From: Acidimicrobiales bacterium
GTDB taxonomy: Bacteria; Actinomycetota; Acidimicrobiia; Acidimicrobiales; VFJN01
Assembly: GCA_046598715.1 (NCBI GenBank)
Contig: JBKJIE010000130.1
Location: forward strand, 1 to 63,202
Reading direction: 5' to 3'
DNA: 63,202 nt
Of this stretch, positions 48,487-59,780 are shown piece by piece. Numbering within the stretch: position 1 is the stretch's first letter; each line of letters starts with the position of its first letter. The position numbers and the translations under genes were made by a program. Below the pieces are notes generated by a model. The model searched no databases, was not told the origin of the DNA, and saw only the letters and a list, made by a program, of their open reading frames with translations.

Positions 48487-50301
48487 ATGCCACACAAGGG
48501 CAGGCCACGAGGCGCGAAGCGGGCGAGCACAGGCTGGCGACTGATGGTCGACGCGTGCCGCCCGCGGCGCAGGGGGATCCTCATCGGCGTGCTCGTGGGG
48601 CTGGGCTGGACGGTGGGCAAGGTGAGCGTTGGCCTGCTCATCCAACGAGCGGTCGACCGCGGCATCGAGGCCGACGACATGGCTGCGCTTCGGGGCTGGG
48701 CGCTCGTCATCGCCGGTGCGGCGGCGGTGGTCGGCTGCTTCACCGGCCTTCGCAGGTACTACGCCTTCCGCGAGGCGCGCTGGGTCGAGGCCGATCTGCG
48801 CGAGCGCCTCTTCGCGCACATCCAGCGCCTCCACTTCGCCTACCACGACCGCGCCCAGACGGGGCAGCTCATGAGTCGGGCCAACACCGACCTGCAGCAG
48901 ATCCAGGCCTTCGTGGTGATGATCCCGCTCACGATCTCCAACGCCGTCACGGTGCTGGCGGTCACCGTCATCCTCGTCACGGTCGACCCGGTGCTCACGC
49001 TCCTCGCGCTGGGGAGCTTGCCCTTCCTCAACGTGCTGGCCACGCGGTTCTCCCGTCGGCTCCACCCGGCGGTGATGGGGATCCAGCAGGAGTCGGCCGA
49101 GCTGGCCGCCGTCGTCGAAGAGACGGTCGCTGGTGTGCGCGTGGTGAAGGGGTTCGGTGCCGAGCGCGTCCAGGCGGCTCGTCTTCGCATCGAGGCCGAC
49201 GACGTCTACGAGTGCTCGATGGAGGCGGCCCGCGTGCGAGCGACCTTCCTCCCCGCCCTCGAGCTGCTTCCCAACATCGGGCTGATCGCCACCCTGGGCT
49301 ACGGCGGCCATCAGGTGCTCGCTGGCCACCTCACCCTCGGCGAGCTGATCGGCTTCAACGTCTACGTCGTGATGCTGATCTGGCCGCTGCGCATGCTCGG
49401 GATGATCCTCGCGCAGGCCCAGCGGGCCGCCGCGGCGGCCGAGCGGGTGAGCGAGGTGCTGGAGACCGCGCCTGTGATCGCCGACTCCACCGCCGGGGCA
49501 CCCCTCCCCTCGGTCGGCCCCTCGGGCGGCCGCGGCGAGGTGCGGTTCGAGGCGGTGCGGTTCGCGTACTCGTCCGAGCTTCCGAGCGTGCTCGACGGGC
49601 TCGAGCTCGTGGTGCCCGCAGGCCAGTCCGTCGCCCTGGTCGGCGCTACGGGCTCGGGCAAGAGCACCGTGGCGCGGCTCATCCCCCGCTTCTACGACGT
49701 GGTCGGGGGACGGGTGGTGGTCGATGGCGTCGACGTGCGCGATGTGCGGCTGCGCGACCTCCGCAAGGCCGTCGGCATCGTCTTCGAGGAGACCTTCCTG
49801 TTCTCCGACTCGATCGGGGCGAACATCGCCTTCGCTGATCCCGAGGCGCCGATGGAGGCGATCGTCCGCGCTGCCCGGCTGGCCGGCGCGCATGAGTTCA
49901 TCGAGGCGCTCCCCGAGGGCTACGACACCGCCATCGGTGAGCGGGGCTACTCCCTCTCTGGCGGCCAGCGTCAACGAATCGCCATCGCCCGCGCGATCCT
50001 CGCCGACCCGCGGGTGCTCATCCTCGACGACGCAACGTCGTCGGTCGACCCCACCAAGGAGCACGAGATCCGCGACGCGCTGGCCGAGGTGATGCGCGAC
50101 CGCACCACCATCGTGATCGCCCACCGCCCTGCAACGATCGCGCTCGCCGACCGGGTGGTGCTGCTCGAGGGTGGCCGCATCGTCGCCGACGGCACCCATC
50201 GCGGGCTGCTCGACTCGAGTGCGGCGTACCGCGAGGTGCTCGCCTCGGCCCAACGCCGTGGGCCTGACGGCGACAGCATCGAGCTCGAGGAGGTGCGCTG
50301 A
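48487..50301 (+). CDS. ABC exporter subunit (TMD+NBD), heterodimer subunit 1
   Basis: Six-TM region; GATGSGKST, LSGGQRQR, ILDDATSSVD (degenerate D for E). Confidence 0.92.
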   Translation: MPHKGRPRGAKRASTGWRLMVDACRPRRRGILIGVLVGLGWTVGKVSVGLLIQRAVDRGIEADDMAALRGWALVIAGAAAVVGCFTGLRRYYAFREARWVEADLRERLFAHIQRLHFAYHDRAQTGQLMSRANTDLQQIQAFVVMIPLTISNAVTVLAVTVILVTVDPVLTLLALGSLPFLNVLATRFSRRLHPAVMGIQQESAELAAVVEETVAGVRVVKGFGAERVQAARLRIEADDVYECSMEAARVRATFLPALELLPNIGLIATLGYGGHQVLAGHLTLGELIGFNVYVVMLIWPLRMLGMILAQAQRAAAAAERVSEVLETAPVIADSTAGAPLPSVGPSGGRGEVRFEAVRFAYSSELPSVLDGLELVVPAGQSVALVGATGSGKSTVARLIPRFYDVVGGRVVVDGVDVRDVRLRDLRKAVGIVFEETFLFSDSIGANIAFADPEAPMEAIVRAARLAGAHEFIEALPEGYDTAIGERGYSLSGGQRQRIAIARAILADPRVLILDDATSSVDPTKEHEIRDALAEVMRDRTTIVIAHRPATIALADRVVLLEGGRIVADGTHRGLLDSSAAYREVLASAQRRGPDGDSIELEEVR

Positions 50302-50302
50302 C

Positions 50303-52105
50303 ATGTGGATGCAGGGCGGCGTCGACGAAGCCGACCGGCTCGATGCAGAGGCGGCCCGGCACCTGCTCCGCCGCGCCTTCTCGATGCTGCGCCCCTACCG
50401 GCGGGCGATGCTCGGCGCCCTCTGCATGGTGGTGCTGTGGACGGCCACGACGCTCGCTGGCCCCTTCCTCGTGCGGCACGGCATCGACAAGGGCATCAAG
50501 GCGCATGACGGAGGGGCCCTCGACGCCGCGGTGATCGGCTACATCGTCGTGGCGGGGATCTCGTACGTCACGTATCGCTTCCAGGTGCTGCTCATCAGCC
50601 GCATCGGGGAAGCGTTCCTGCGAGACGTTCGGGTCCGGGTGTTCGATCACCTGCAGCGGCTGTCGATGCCCTTCTACGACCGCGAGAAGGCGGGCGTGAT
50701 CGTCTCGCGCATGACTAGCGACGTCGACTCCATGCAGGAGCTGGTCCAGATGGGCCTGCTGATGTTCGTGAGCAACGGCCTGCTGCTGATGGTGTCGGTC
50801 GTGGTGCTGGCCGTTGTGTCGTGGAAGCTCCTGGCGCTCTCGGTCGTGTGCCTGCCGATGGTCATCGCGGCCAGCATCAAGTTCCAGCGCGACTCGAACG
50901 TGGCTTACCTCGACGTGCGCGACGGCATCGGCAGCACGCTGTCCCACCTGCAGGAGGGCATCGCCGGCGTGCGCGTGGTGCAGGCCTTCGGCCGGGAGGA
51001 TGTGGAGTCGGCCCGGTTCCGTCAGGGGAGCCGACGGCTCTTCGACGCCCACATGCGCTCGGTGAAGATCTCAGCCTGGTATCTACCGATCATCGAGCTG
51101 TCGGGCTTGCTGGCCACGGCCATCGCGGTGGGCGTCGGGGGCTGGTGGGTGCACACCGGCGACCTCACCATCGGCACGGTCACCTTCTTCGTGCTCACGT
51201 TGTCCAACCTCTTCGAGCCGGTGCAGCAGCTCTCCCAGCTCTTCAACATCGTCCAGTCGGCCGGCGCCTCGCTCAACAAGCTCTTCGGCCTGCTCGACAC
51301 TCCCGTCGATGTGCCCGAACGACCAGGAGCCGTCGATCTCCCCGAGCGTGGCGACATCTCGGTCGAGCACGTCGACTTCGCCTACACCGACGGGCCGCCG
51401 GTGCTCTCCGGGGTGTCACTGCAGATCCCGGTCGGCGCCCGCATCGCTCTGGTGGGCCCCACCGGAGCCGGCAAGTCGACGCTGGCCAAGCTCATCGCCC
51501 GCCTCTACGACCCCACGAGCGGCACGGTTCGCTATGCGGGGATCGACCTGCGCGACGCCACCCGTCGCTCGCTCCGCCAGCGTGTGGTGGTGGTGCCCCA
51601 GGAGGGGTTCCTGTTCAACGGCACCATCATGGAGAACGTGCGCCTCGCCCGGGAGGGCGCCACCGACGCCGACGTGCTCGCCGCCCTCGACGCCATCGGC
51701 GTGCTCCAGCGCTTCGCCGAGCTGCCCGAGGGGCTGGCCACCGAGGTGCAGGAGCGCGGCTCCCGGTTCTCGGCGGGGGAGAAGCAGCTCGTCTCTCTGG
51801 CACGGGCGGCCCTGGCCGACCCGGCCGTGCTCGTGCTCGACGAGGCCACCTCCAGCCTGGATCCGGGCACGGAGGTGATCGTCGAGCAGGCCATGGCCAA
51901 GCTCATGGAGGGGCGCACGGTGATCGTGATCGCCCATCGGCTCTCCACCGCCGAGCGGGCCGACGTCGTAGGGGTGGTGGCCGACGGCCAGCTGCTCGAG
52001 CTCGGCACCCACCAAGACCTCGTGGCCCGGGGTGGGCGCTACGCAGAGCTCTTCGCCACGTGGTCGGGTGGGATCGCCGGGCCGGAATTGTTACCATCGT
52101 CATAG
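50303..52105 (+). CDS. ABC exporter subunit (TMD+NBD), heterodimer subunit 2
   Basis: [34 protein letters not shown]; GAGGAGG upstream. Confidence 0.92.
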   Translation: MWMQGGVDEADRLDAEAARHLLRRAFSMLRPYRRAMLGALCMVVLWTATTLAGPFLVRHGIDKGIKAHDGGALDAAVIGYIVVAGISYVTYRFQVLLISRIGEAFLRDVRVRVFDHLQRLSMPFYDREKAGVIVSRMTSDVDSMQELVQMGLLMFVSNGLLLMVSVVVLAVVSWKLLALSVVCLPMVIAASIKFQRDSNVAYLDVRDGIGSTLSHLQEGIAGVRVVQAFGREDVESARFRQGSRRLFDAHMRSVKISAWYLPIIELSGLLATAIAVGVGGWWVHTGDLTIGTVTFFVLTLSNLFEPVQQLSQLFNIVQSAGASLNKLFGLLDTPVDVPERPGAVDLPERGDISVEHVDFAYTDGPPVLSGVSLQIPVGARIALVGPTGAGKSTLAKLIARLYDPTSGTVRYAGIDLRDATRRSLRQRVVVVPQEGFLFNGTIMENVRLAREGATDADVLAALDAIGVLQRFAELPEGLATEVQERGSRFSAGEKQLVSLARAALADPAVLVLDEATSSLDPGTEVIVEQAMAKLMEGRTVIVIAHRLSTAERADVVGVVADGQLLELGTHQDLVARGGRYAELFATWSGGIAGPELLPSS

Positions 52106-52140
52106 GAGAAATCCCCCTCGCTCCCGAAAGGGCTCCCCTG

Positions 52141-53541
52141 ATGGCTGTCACCGATCTGGACCTCTCGAAGTACAAGCTGGGCTGGAGCGACGCCGAGGAC
52201 TACGTCTTCAAGCCGAAGAAGGGCCTGAACGAGGACATCATCCGCGAGATGAGCTGGATGAAGGGCGAGCCCGACTGGATGCTCGAGTTCCGGCTTCGCG
52301 CCTACCGGGCCTTCCTCAAGCGGCCGATGCCCAAGTGGGGCGGCGACATGTCGGAGATCTACCTCGACGACATCTACTACTACATCAAGCCCACCTCGGG
52401 CGGCGTGGTCGACCAGTGGGACGAGCTGCCCGACGCCATCAAGAACACCTACGAGAAGCTCGGCATCCCTGAGGCCGAGCGGAAGTACCTCGCCGGCGTC
52501 ACCGCGCAGTACGAGTCCGAGGTGGTGTTCCATCGGAACCGGGAAGACCTCGAGCGCCAGGGTGTCATCTTCTGTGACATGGACACCGCGCTGAAGGAGT
52601 ACCCGGAGCTCGTCAAGCAGTACTGGGCCAAGATCATCCCGCCCAACGACAACAAGTTCGCGTCGCTCAACAGCTCCGTGTGGTCGGGTGGGTCGTTCAT
52701 CTACGTGCCGCCCGGTGTCGAGGTCGACATGCCGCTCCAGGCCTACTTCCGCATCAACGCGGAGAACATGGGCCAGTTCGAGCGCACGCTGATCATCGCC
52801 GATGAGGGCTCGAAGGTGCACTACATCGAGGGCTGCTCGGCCCCCGTGTACACCACCGACTCGCTGCACTCCGCCGTCGTCGAGATCGTGGTGAAGCCGT
52901 CGGCTCGCGTCACGTACACCACGATCCAGAACTGGTCGAACAACGTCTTCAACCTCGTCACCAAGCGTGCCCGCGTCGAGGCCGAGGGCCACATGGAGTG
53001 GATCGACGGCAACATCGGCAGCCGCCTCACGATGAAGTACCCGGCCGTCTACATGGTGGGCCCGAAGGCCTCGGGCGAGGTGCTCTCCGTGGCCTACGCC
53101 GGCGCCGGCCAGCACCAAGACGCCGGCGCCAAGATGGTGCACGCCGCCCCGGAGACCACCTCCAAGATCGTCTCCAAGTCGATCTCCAAGGACGGCGGTC
53201 GCACCAGCTACCGCGGTCTCGTGCGGGTGGAAGACGACGCCTACGGCTGCAAGAGCCACGTGCAGTGCGACGCCCTCATCCTCGACGAGGACTCGATCAG
53301 CGACACCTTCCCGTACATGGAGGTCGGCGCCCGCGACGCCGTGGTGGGCCACGAGGCCACCGTGTCCAAGGTGGCCGACGAGCAGCTCTTCTACCTGATG
53401 AGCCGTGGCCTCTCCAACGAGCAGGCCATGGGCATGATCGTCAACGGCTTCATCGAGCCCGTCACCCGCACCCTGCCCATGGAGTACGCCGTCGAGTGGA
53501 GCCGGCTCATCGAGCTCCAGATGGAAGGCAGCGTCGGCTGA
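52141..53541 (+). CDS. sufB: Fe-S cluster assembly scaffold SufB
   Basis: [60 protein letters not shown]. Confidence 0.97.
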   Translation: MAVTDLDLSKYKLGWSDAEDYVFKPKKGLNEDIIREMSWMKGEPDWMLEFRLRAYRAFLKRPMPKWGGDMSEIYLDDIYYYIKPTSGGVVDQWDELPDAIKNTYEKLGIPEAERKYLAGVTAQYESEVVFHRNREDLERQGVIFCDMDTALKEYPELVKQYWAKIIPPNDNKFASLNSSVWSGGSFIYVPPGVEVDMPLQAYFRINAENMGQFERTLIIADEGSKVHYIEGCSAPVYTTDSLHSAVVEIVVKPSARVTYTTIQNWSNNVFNLVTKRARVEAEGHMEWIDGNIGSRLTMKYPAVYMVGPKASGEVLSVAYAGAGQHQDAGAKMVHAAPETTSKIVSKSISKDGGRTSYRGLVRVEDDAYGCKSHVQCDALILDEDSISDTFPYMEVGARDAVVGHEATVSKVADEQLFYLMSRGLSNEQAMGMIVNGFIEPVTRTLPMEYAVEWSRLIELQMEGSVG

Positions 53542-53577
53542 CAGCGCTTCTGGCTGCGTCGCTGGCAGACTGATGCC

Positions 53578-53931
53578 GTGCCGATGCGCGAGGACTGCAA
53601 GTACTTCGAGAGTCGCACCTACTCCAATGGGGAGACCGTGCGGAAGTGTGACCTCGACCTCGCGCCCGAGGCGCCCTGGCGCTGCCCAGAGGACTGCCCC
53701 AAGTACACGCGACGCTTGGCTGACGTGAACTGGAGCCACGGCGCCCTCGTCACGCCCCCCACGCCCGAGGAGCCCACTGATGCCCTCGATCGCGACGACG
53801 GCTCCGTGGCCGCCGTGCTCGACGAGGCCGAGGACTACATCAACTCGATCGGCGCGCAAGTGCTCGCCGACGTCGAGGCTGAGCAGTCTCCAGGCGGCCG
53901 GTTCAAGCGCCTCTTCCGCCGAAAGCACTGA
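53578..53931 (+). CDS. Small 4-Cys hypothetical protein within the suf operon
   Basis: MREDCKYFESRTY..RKCDLDLAPEAPWRCPEDCPKY; normal codon usage. Confidence 0.8.
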   Translation: MPMREDCKYFESRTYSNGETVRKCDLDLAPEAPWRCPEDCPKYTRRLADVNWSHGALVTPPTPEEPTDALDRDDGSVAAVLDEAEDYINSIGAQVLADVEAEQSPGGRFKRLFRRKH

Positions 53932-54046
53932 CCCCGCCCCGCTGAAGCCGTGGGGTGACCTTGGGAAGTGGGCGGGCGCGCCGGTAGGATGACCCGGTTT
54001 CCGGGGGCCAACGCGGCCCCCGTTGCGCGAATGCTGAGAGGTCCTG

Positions 54047-55213
54047 CTGAGCTCGTTCACCCCTGAAGCCATCGCCGCGCTGGGCGGCCCGGGCTGGTTG
54101 GCGGATCGACGCGCGGCTGCGGCCACGCGGCTGGCCGGGGCTGCGCTGCCCACCGTCGATGAAGAGGTGTGGCGCTACAGCCGCATCGGTGACCTCGACC
54201 TGGCGCGGTACGCGCCGGCTGCATCGATGACCTCCGTCGAGCACGGCGAGCTGGGCCGCGCCCGAGTCGGCCGGGCCAGCGAGCTCGATGGCGCGGAGCC
54301 GATGCTGGGCGAGCTGCCCGCCGATGGGGACGCGCTCGTGTGGCTGCACCACGCGCTCGCCGTCGATCCGATCATCATCGACATCCCAGCGGGCGTGACC
54401 GTTTCGGAGCCCATCGTCGTTCGCCACACTGGTCCCGCCGACGGCACCGCTGCCGCTCCCCGCCTCGTGGTGCGGGCCGGAGCCGACAGCGGGTTGCGCA
54501 TCGTCGAGCTCTTCGACGGTGGCGGCGCCGGCCTGCTGCTCCCGATCACCGACATCTCCATCGCCGACGCCGCCCGGGTCGGCTACGTGTGCGTGCAGCT
54601 GCTCGGCCGGTCCACCTGGTCGATCGCCTCGCTCGACCTCGACGCCGGCGCACAGGCCACCATCACCGCCGGCATGGCTGGGTTCGGCGGCGACTACGCC
54701 AGGCTGCGCACCAACTGCCGCCTGTCGGGGCGCGGCGCCTCGGGCGATCTGCTCGCCGCCTACTTCGGTGATGGTGACCAGACGCTCGACTACCGCACGT
54801 TCCAGGAGCACGTCGCCCCCGACACCACGAGCAACCTGCTGTTCAAGGGTGCCGTGAGCGATCGGGCGCGCTCCGTGTACACCGGGCTCATCAAGGTCGA
54901 CGCCACGGCGCATGGCACCAACGCCTTCCAGACCAACCGCAACATCAAGCTGTCCGAGGATGCGTGGGCCGAGTCGGTCCCGAACCTCATCATCGAGAAC
55001 AACGACGTGCACTGCAGTCACGCGTCGGCGGTCGGTCCGATCGACGAGGAGCAGCGCTTCTACCTGGAGAGCAGGGGTGTGCCCACGGTCGAGGCCGAGC
55101 GGCTGATCGTGGCCGGCTTCTTCGCCGAGGTGTTCGACAAGATGCCGAGCAACACGCTGCGCCCGAGCCTCGATGCTGCGGTGGCCGCCAAGCTGGAGGC
55201 GGTGCTGGCATGA
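54047..55213 (+). CDS. sufD: Fe-S cluster assembly protein SufD (probable CTG start)
   Basis: EEVWRYS, HVAPDTTSNLLFKG, PNLIIENNDVHCSH.SAVG, FYLESRG; GAGAGG before CTG 54047. Confidence 0.92.
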   Translation: MSSFTPEAIAALGGPGWLADRRAAAATRLAGAALPTVDEEVWRYSRIGDLDLARYAPAASMTSVEHGELGRARVGRASELDGAEPMLGELPADGDALVWLHHALAVDPIIIDIPAGVTVSEPIVVRHTGPADGTAAAPRLVVRAGADSGLRIVELFDGGGAGLLLPITDISIADAARVGYVCVQLLGRSTWSIASLDLDAGAQATITAGMAGFGGDYARLRTNCRLSGRGASGDLLAAYFGDGDQTLDYRTFQEHVAPDTTSNLLFKGAVSDRARSVYTGLIKVDATAHGTNAFQTNRNIKLSEDAWAESVPNLIIENNDVHCSHASAVGPIDEEQRFYLESRGVPTVEAERLIVAGFFAEVFDKMPSNTLRPSLDAAVAAKLEAVLA

Positions 55214-55527
55214 CCACGGTCGAGCGCATCGGTCCCCTCGACGACCTCAAGCCAGGCACCTCCAAGCAGGTGATCATCGGCGAGCACCGCATCGCGCTGG
55301 TGCGCATCGACGACGACGTCTACGCCATCGGTGACGTGTGCAGCCACCAGGACGTGTCGCTCTCCGAGGGCGAGGTCTACCCCGACGACAAGAGCATCGA
55401 GTGCTGGAAGCACGGCAGCACGTTCTCGCTGGAGGACGGCAGCGCCGAGGCGCTCCCGGCCACCAAGCCCGTGCCCGTCTACGAGGCCCGCGTCGTCGAC
55501 GGCCAGATCGAGGTGATCGTCCCGTGA
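55210..55527 (+). CDS. Rieske-type [2Fe-2S] ferredoxin
   Basis: CSH..CWKH ligand motifs; ATGA overlap with sufD. Confidence 0.92.
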   Translation: MTTVERIGPLDDLKPGTSKQVIIGEHRIALVRIDDDVYAIGDVCSHQDVSLSEGEVYPDDKSIECWKHGSTFSLEDGSAEALPATKPVPVYEARVVDGQIEVIVP

Positions 55528-56324
55528 GCCATGTCCTCGAGATCAAGGGCCTGCGTGCGGGTGTGGCGGGCAAAGAGATCCTCAAGGGGATCGACCTCAC
55601 GATCCGCTCCGGCGAGGTGCACGCCATCATGGGGCCCAACGGCTCCGGCAAGTCCACGCTGTCGCACGTGATCATGGGCCGCCCTGGCTACGAGGTGCTC
55701 GGAGGCACGGTCACCCTCGATGGCGCCGACGTGCTCGCCATGGCCCCCTACGAGCGGGCCCAGGCTGGTCTCTACCTCGCAATGCAGTACCCCACAGAGG
55801 TGCCGGGCGTGCCCGTGCTCGACGTGCTCGAGGCGGCGTTCCGGGCCTCCGGTCGCGATGCGAGCGAGGTCGCCGGGCTGATCACCGCCGAGGCCGAGCG
55901 CATCGGCTTCGACGACAAGTTCCTCCTACGGCCCATGAACGTCGATCTCTCTGGCGGCGAGAAGAAGCGCAACGAGACGCTGCAGCTCGGCGTGCTGCGC
56001 CCGGCCATCGCCATCCTCGACGAGCTCGACTCCGGCCTCGACGTCGACGCGCTGCGCGCCTGCTCACGTCGGATCGAGCAGGCCACGCACGAGACGGGCC
56101 TCGGCGTGCTCGCCATCACCCACTACAGCCGGCTGCTCCACGAGCTGCGCCCGGATCACGTGCACGTGCTGGCCCGCGGTGCGATCCAGCTCACGGGCGG
56201 CCCTGAGCTGGCCAACGAGCTCGAGTCCACTGGCTACGCCGCCTTCGGCGAGGATCAGCCCGCCTCGGTGGCGTCCACGAACGGCTCGGCATCGGCCGAC
56301 CCCTTCGCCGACCCGCTGGCCTGA
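55524..56324 (+). CDS. sufC: Fe-S assembly ATPase SufC (copy 1)
   Basis: GPNGSGKST, QYPTEVPGV, LSGGEKKRNE, LDELDSGLD, ITHY. Confidence 0.93.
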   Translation: MSHVLEIKGLRAGVAGKEILKGIDLTIRSGEVHAIMGPNGSGKSTLSHVIMGRPGYEVLGGTVTLDGADVLAMAPYERAQAGLYLAMQYPTEVPGVPVLDVLEAAFRASGRDASEVAGLITAEAERIGFDDKFLLRPMNVDLSGGEKKRNETLQLGVLRPAIAILDELDSGLDVDALRACSRRIEQATHETGLGVLAITHYSRLLHELRPDHVHVLARGAIQLTGGPELANELESTGYAAFGEDQPASVASTNGSASADPFADPLA

Positions 56325-56347
56325 CGCCCGCCCCCCTCGCTGACCTC

Positions 56348-56385
56348 GCGACGGTTGAGCCACAGATCTGTGGCTCAACCGTCGC
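56348..56385. repeat. Perfect loop-less 38-bp palindrome after sufC
   Basis: GCGACGGTTGAGCCACAGA|TCTGTGGCTCAACCGTCGC. Confidence 0.9.
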
Positions 56386-56420
56386 CAGTTCGAGCCGGGG
56401 TTGGGGGGTAGACAGGAGCC

Positions 56421-56708
56421 ATGCCCGACGCTGTGCTGCCCGCCGATGACATCGACGCTCGCCTGCGTGACCGACCGGCCTGGTCCATCGTGGGCGGAGC
56501 GCTGCACCGTGAGCTGGAGTTTGCCGACTTCACCCACGCCTTCGCGTTCATGACGGTGGTGGCAGCGGCAGCCGAGCGGCTCGATCACCACCCGGACTGG
56601 TCGAACTCGTGGAACAAGGTGGTGCTCGACATCTCGTCGCACGCCGCCGGCGGCATCACCGAGCGCTGCTTTGCCCTCGTCGAGGCCGTCGACGACGCCG
56701 TGGTGTAG
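56421..56708 (+). CDS. phhB: Pterin-4-alpha-carbinolamine dehydratase
   Basis: FADF..AFAFM..V...AE.LDHHPDWSN, SHAAGGITE; AGGAG RBS. Confidence 0.88.
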   Translation: MPDAVLPADDIDARLRDRPAWSIVGGALHRELEFADFTHAFAFMTVVAAAAERLDHHPDWSNSWNKVVLDISSHAAGGITERCFALVEAVDDAVV

Positions 56709-57233
56709 CTACTCGCCAGTCTCGCCATCGATCGCTTCGCGCAACAGGTCGAGGTGACCGTTGTGTCGGGCCGTCTCCTCGATCATGTGCAGCAAGATCC
56801 ATCGCAGCGAGAAGTGCGAACCGGTTCGGTCGGGGACCACCGAGGCCTGCTCGAGCGACGCCGCGGCGTCGACCACCGCTCGACTGCGAGCGCAGGACGC
56901 CGCGTAGAGCGCCAGCAGGTCGTCGGGCGTGGCGTCGAGGGCCGTGCGGAACTCCCAGTCGGGGTCGGTCTCCCAGTCGATCCCCGCCCACTGGCCCTCG
57001 CCCAGGCCGGCGAAGCGCTCGGTGAACCAGGAGTCCTCCACGAGGGCGAGGTGCTTCAGCAGCCCGGCGATCGTGAGCGACGAGGACGGGATGGTGGTGG
57101 CCATCTGCGCCGGCGACAAGCCAGCGGCCTTCCAGGCCACGGTGGCCCGGTGGTAGTCGAGGAAGCCGGTGAGCATGGTGCGCTCGTCGGCGTCGAGCGC
57201 CGGCTCCCAGCGCCCGTGTGAACCCTCCGGCAC
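56709..57233 (-). CDS. DinB/DUF664 family protein
   Basis: DERTMLTGFLDYHR, GLLKHLA.VE..WF, LRWILLHMIEETARHNGH.D; AGGAG before GTG 57233. Confidence 0.88.
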   Translation of the reverse strand: MPEGSHGRWEPALDADERTMLTGFLDYHRATVAWKAAGLSPAQMATTIPSSSLTIAGLLKHLALVEDSWFTERFAGLGEGQWAGIDWETDPDWEFRTALDATPDDLLALYAASCARSRAVVDAAASLEQASVVPDRTGSHFSLRWILLHMIEETARHNGHLDLLREAIDGETGE

Positions 57234-57238
57234 GGCTC

Positions 57239-57715
57239 CTACTCGCCCGCGGGCTCGTCGAGCGCTTGCAGCAGCGTGTTCCAGGACAGCGTGGCGCACT
57301 TGATGCGCACCGGGAACTTCACCACGCCGCGCAGTGCCTCGAGATCGCCGAGCTTCACGTCAGGGTCGACCTCGATCGGCGCATCGGTGTCTTCGCCGTC
57401 GAGCGTCTGCTCGTGGATCGACATCATCCCCTTGAAGGCACGAGTGAGGGCATTGACCTCGTCGATCGTCTTGCCCTTCACCGCGGCCGACATCATCGAC
57501 GCCGAGGACTGGCTGATGGAGCAGCCTTGGCCCCCGATGCGGATGTCGTTGACGACGCCGTCGTGCACGTCGACGTAGACGACGATCTCGTCGCCACACA
57601 GTGGGTTGAACCCCTCCACCCGTGCCGCGGGCGGCGAGGGCAGCTCGCCGCGGTTTCGCGGGGAGCGGTAGTGGTCGAGGATGATCTCTCGGTACAGGTC
57701 TTCGAGGCCAGGCAT
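57239..57715 (-). CDS. sufU: SufU (NifU-family) sulfur transfer protein
   Basis: LYREIILDHY, NPLCGDE, GCSISQSSAS, RIKCATL.W. Confidence 0.95.
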   Translation of the reverse strand: MPGLEDLYREIILDHYRSPRNRGELPSPPAARVEGFNPLCGDEIVVYVDVHDGVVNDIRIGGQGCSISQSSASMMSAAVKGKTIDEVNALTRAFKGMMSIHEQTLDGEDTDAPIEVDPDVKLGDLEALRGVVKFPVRIKCATLSWNTLLQALDEPAGE

Positions 57716-57754
57716 GCGGGTTGCGATCCTACCGGTGGGTCGGGGTTCGTTGGC

Positions 57755-58987
57755 TCAATGGGCGAAGAAGGCAGCGGCCGAGCCGATGGCGTCGGCGAGG
57801 GCGTCGACGTCGGCTTCGTCGTTGTAGACGTAGAGCGACGCCCGGGCGGTGGCCGGTGCACCCAGGATGCGCATCAGGGGCTTGGCGCAGTGGTGGCCCG
57901 CTCGCACGCACACGCCGTGCTCGTCGAACACCTGGGTGAGGTCATGCGGGTGCAGGTCACGGAAGGTGAACGACAGCACGCCGCCCCGCTCGACGGCGGC
58001 CGCGGGGCCGTGGATCGTGATGTCGTCGCCGAAGCGCTCGTGGAGCACGCGCAGGGCGTAGCCGGTGAGCTCGATCTCGTGGTCGCGCACGGCATCCATG
58101 CCGAGTGCGGTGAGGTAGTCGACCGCTGCACCCAGGCCCACCGCTTCCGCGATCGGCGGCGTGCCGGCCTCGAACTTCCAGGGGAGCTCGTTGGTGGTGA
58201 ACCCCTCCTTGGTGACGTTGAGGATCATCTCGCCGCCGGTGAGAAAGGGCGGGGTGGCATCGAGGATGGCCTCGGTGCCCCAGAGCACGCCGATGCCCGT
58301 GGGGCCACACATCTTGTGGCCGGTGAAGGCGACGAAGTCGGCCCCCCAGGCCTGCACGTCGGTGGCGACGTGGGGCACGTACTGCGAGGCGTCGACCACA
58401 GCGATGGCCCCGGCCGCGTGGGCGGCCGCGGTGAGCTGCTCGACCGGCAGGATCGTGCCGAGCACGTTGGACATGGCCGCGAAGGTGACGATCTTGGCGC
58501 CGTCGACGAGGCGGTCGAGGTCGGCGAGGTCGAGGTGGCCGTCGGAGCCGAGGGGGATCCAGCGCAGCTCGATGCCGAGCTCGTCGTGGAGCTGGTGCCA
58601 CGGCACGATGTTGGCGTGGTGCTCGAGCTCGGTGAGCACAACGGCGTCGCCGGCGACGAGGTTGGCGCGCCCCCAGGCCTTGGCTACGAGGTTCAAGGCC
58701 TCAGTGGCGTTCTTGGTGAACACCACCTCGCGGGCAGCGCGGGCGCCGATGAAGCGGGCCACCTTGGCGCGCCCACCTTCCAGGGCGGCGGTGGCCTCCT
58801 CGGCGATGAGGTAGGTGCCGCGGTGGACGTTGGCGTTGGAGTGCTCATAGTACTGCGCCATCGCATCGAGCACGGCTCGGGGCTTCTGTGATGTGTTGGC
58901 GGAGTCGAGGTAGACGAGGCGACCCCCGTGCACCTCGCGCTCGAGGATGGGGAAGTCCTTCTTCAGTGCGGCGACGTCGATGCTCAT
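57755..58987 (-). CDS. sufS: Cysteine desulfurase SufS
   Basis: YLDSANTSQKP, GHKMCGPTG, FEAGTP, RAGHHCA. Confidence 0.95.
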   Translation of the reverse strand: MSIDVAALKKDFPILEREVHGGRLVYLDSANTSQKPRAVLDAMAQYYEHSNANVHRGTYLIAEEATAALEGGRAKVARFIGARAAREVVFTKNATEALNLVAKAWGRANLVAGDAVVLTELEHHANIVPWHQLHDELGIELRWIPLGSDGHLDLADLDRLVDGAKIVTFAAMSNVLGTILPVEQLTAAAHAAGAIAVVDASQYVPHVATDVQAWGADFVAFTGHKMCGPTGIGVLWGTEAILDATPPFLTGGEMILNVTKEGFTTNELPWKFEAGTPPIAEAVGLGAAVDYLTALGMDAVRDHEIELTGYALRVLHERFGDDITIHGPAAAVERGGVLSFTFRDLHPHDLTQVFDEHGVCVRAGHHCAKPLMRILGAPATARASLYVYNDEADVDALADAIGSAAAFFAH

Positions 58988-58991
58988 CGAG

Positions 58992-59774
<783 letters not shown>

Positions 59775-59780
59775 GCCCCC

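Noticed and set aside
47875-50304. Long antisense or alternate-frame ORFs (this 809-aa one, also 45524-47698, 52039-54153, 12622-14523, 2604-4148)
   Set aside because: Shadow ORFs expected at high GC; they lie opposite motif-bearing genes and have no recognisable motifs
52091-52093. TTA codon as bldA-type control of the ABC exporter
   Set aside because: It lies four codons before the stop and coincides with a likely sufB -10 (TACCAT), so it is better explained by promoter overlap
50821-53541. 906-aa extended SufB (intein or fusion)
   Set aside because: The upstream part is an alternate frame of the ABC gene; SufB from ATG 52141 is normal length (466 aa) with no intein motifs
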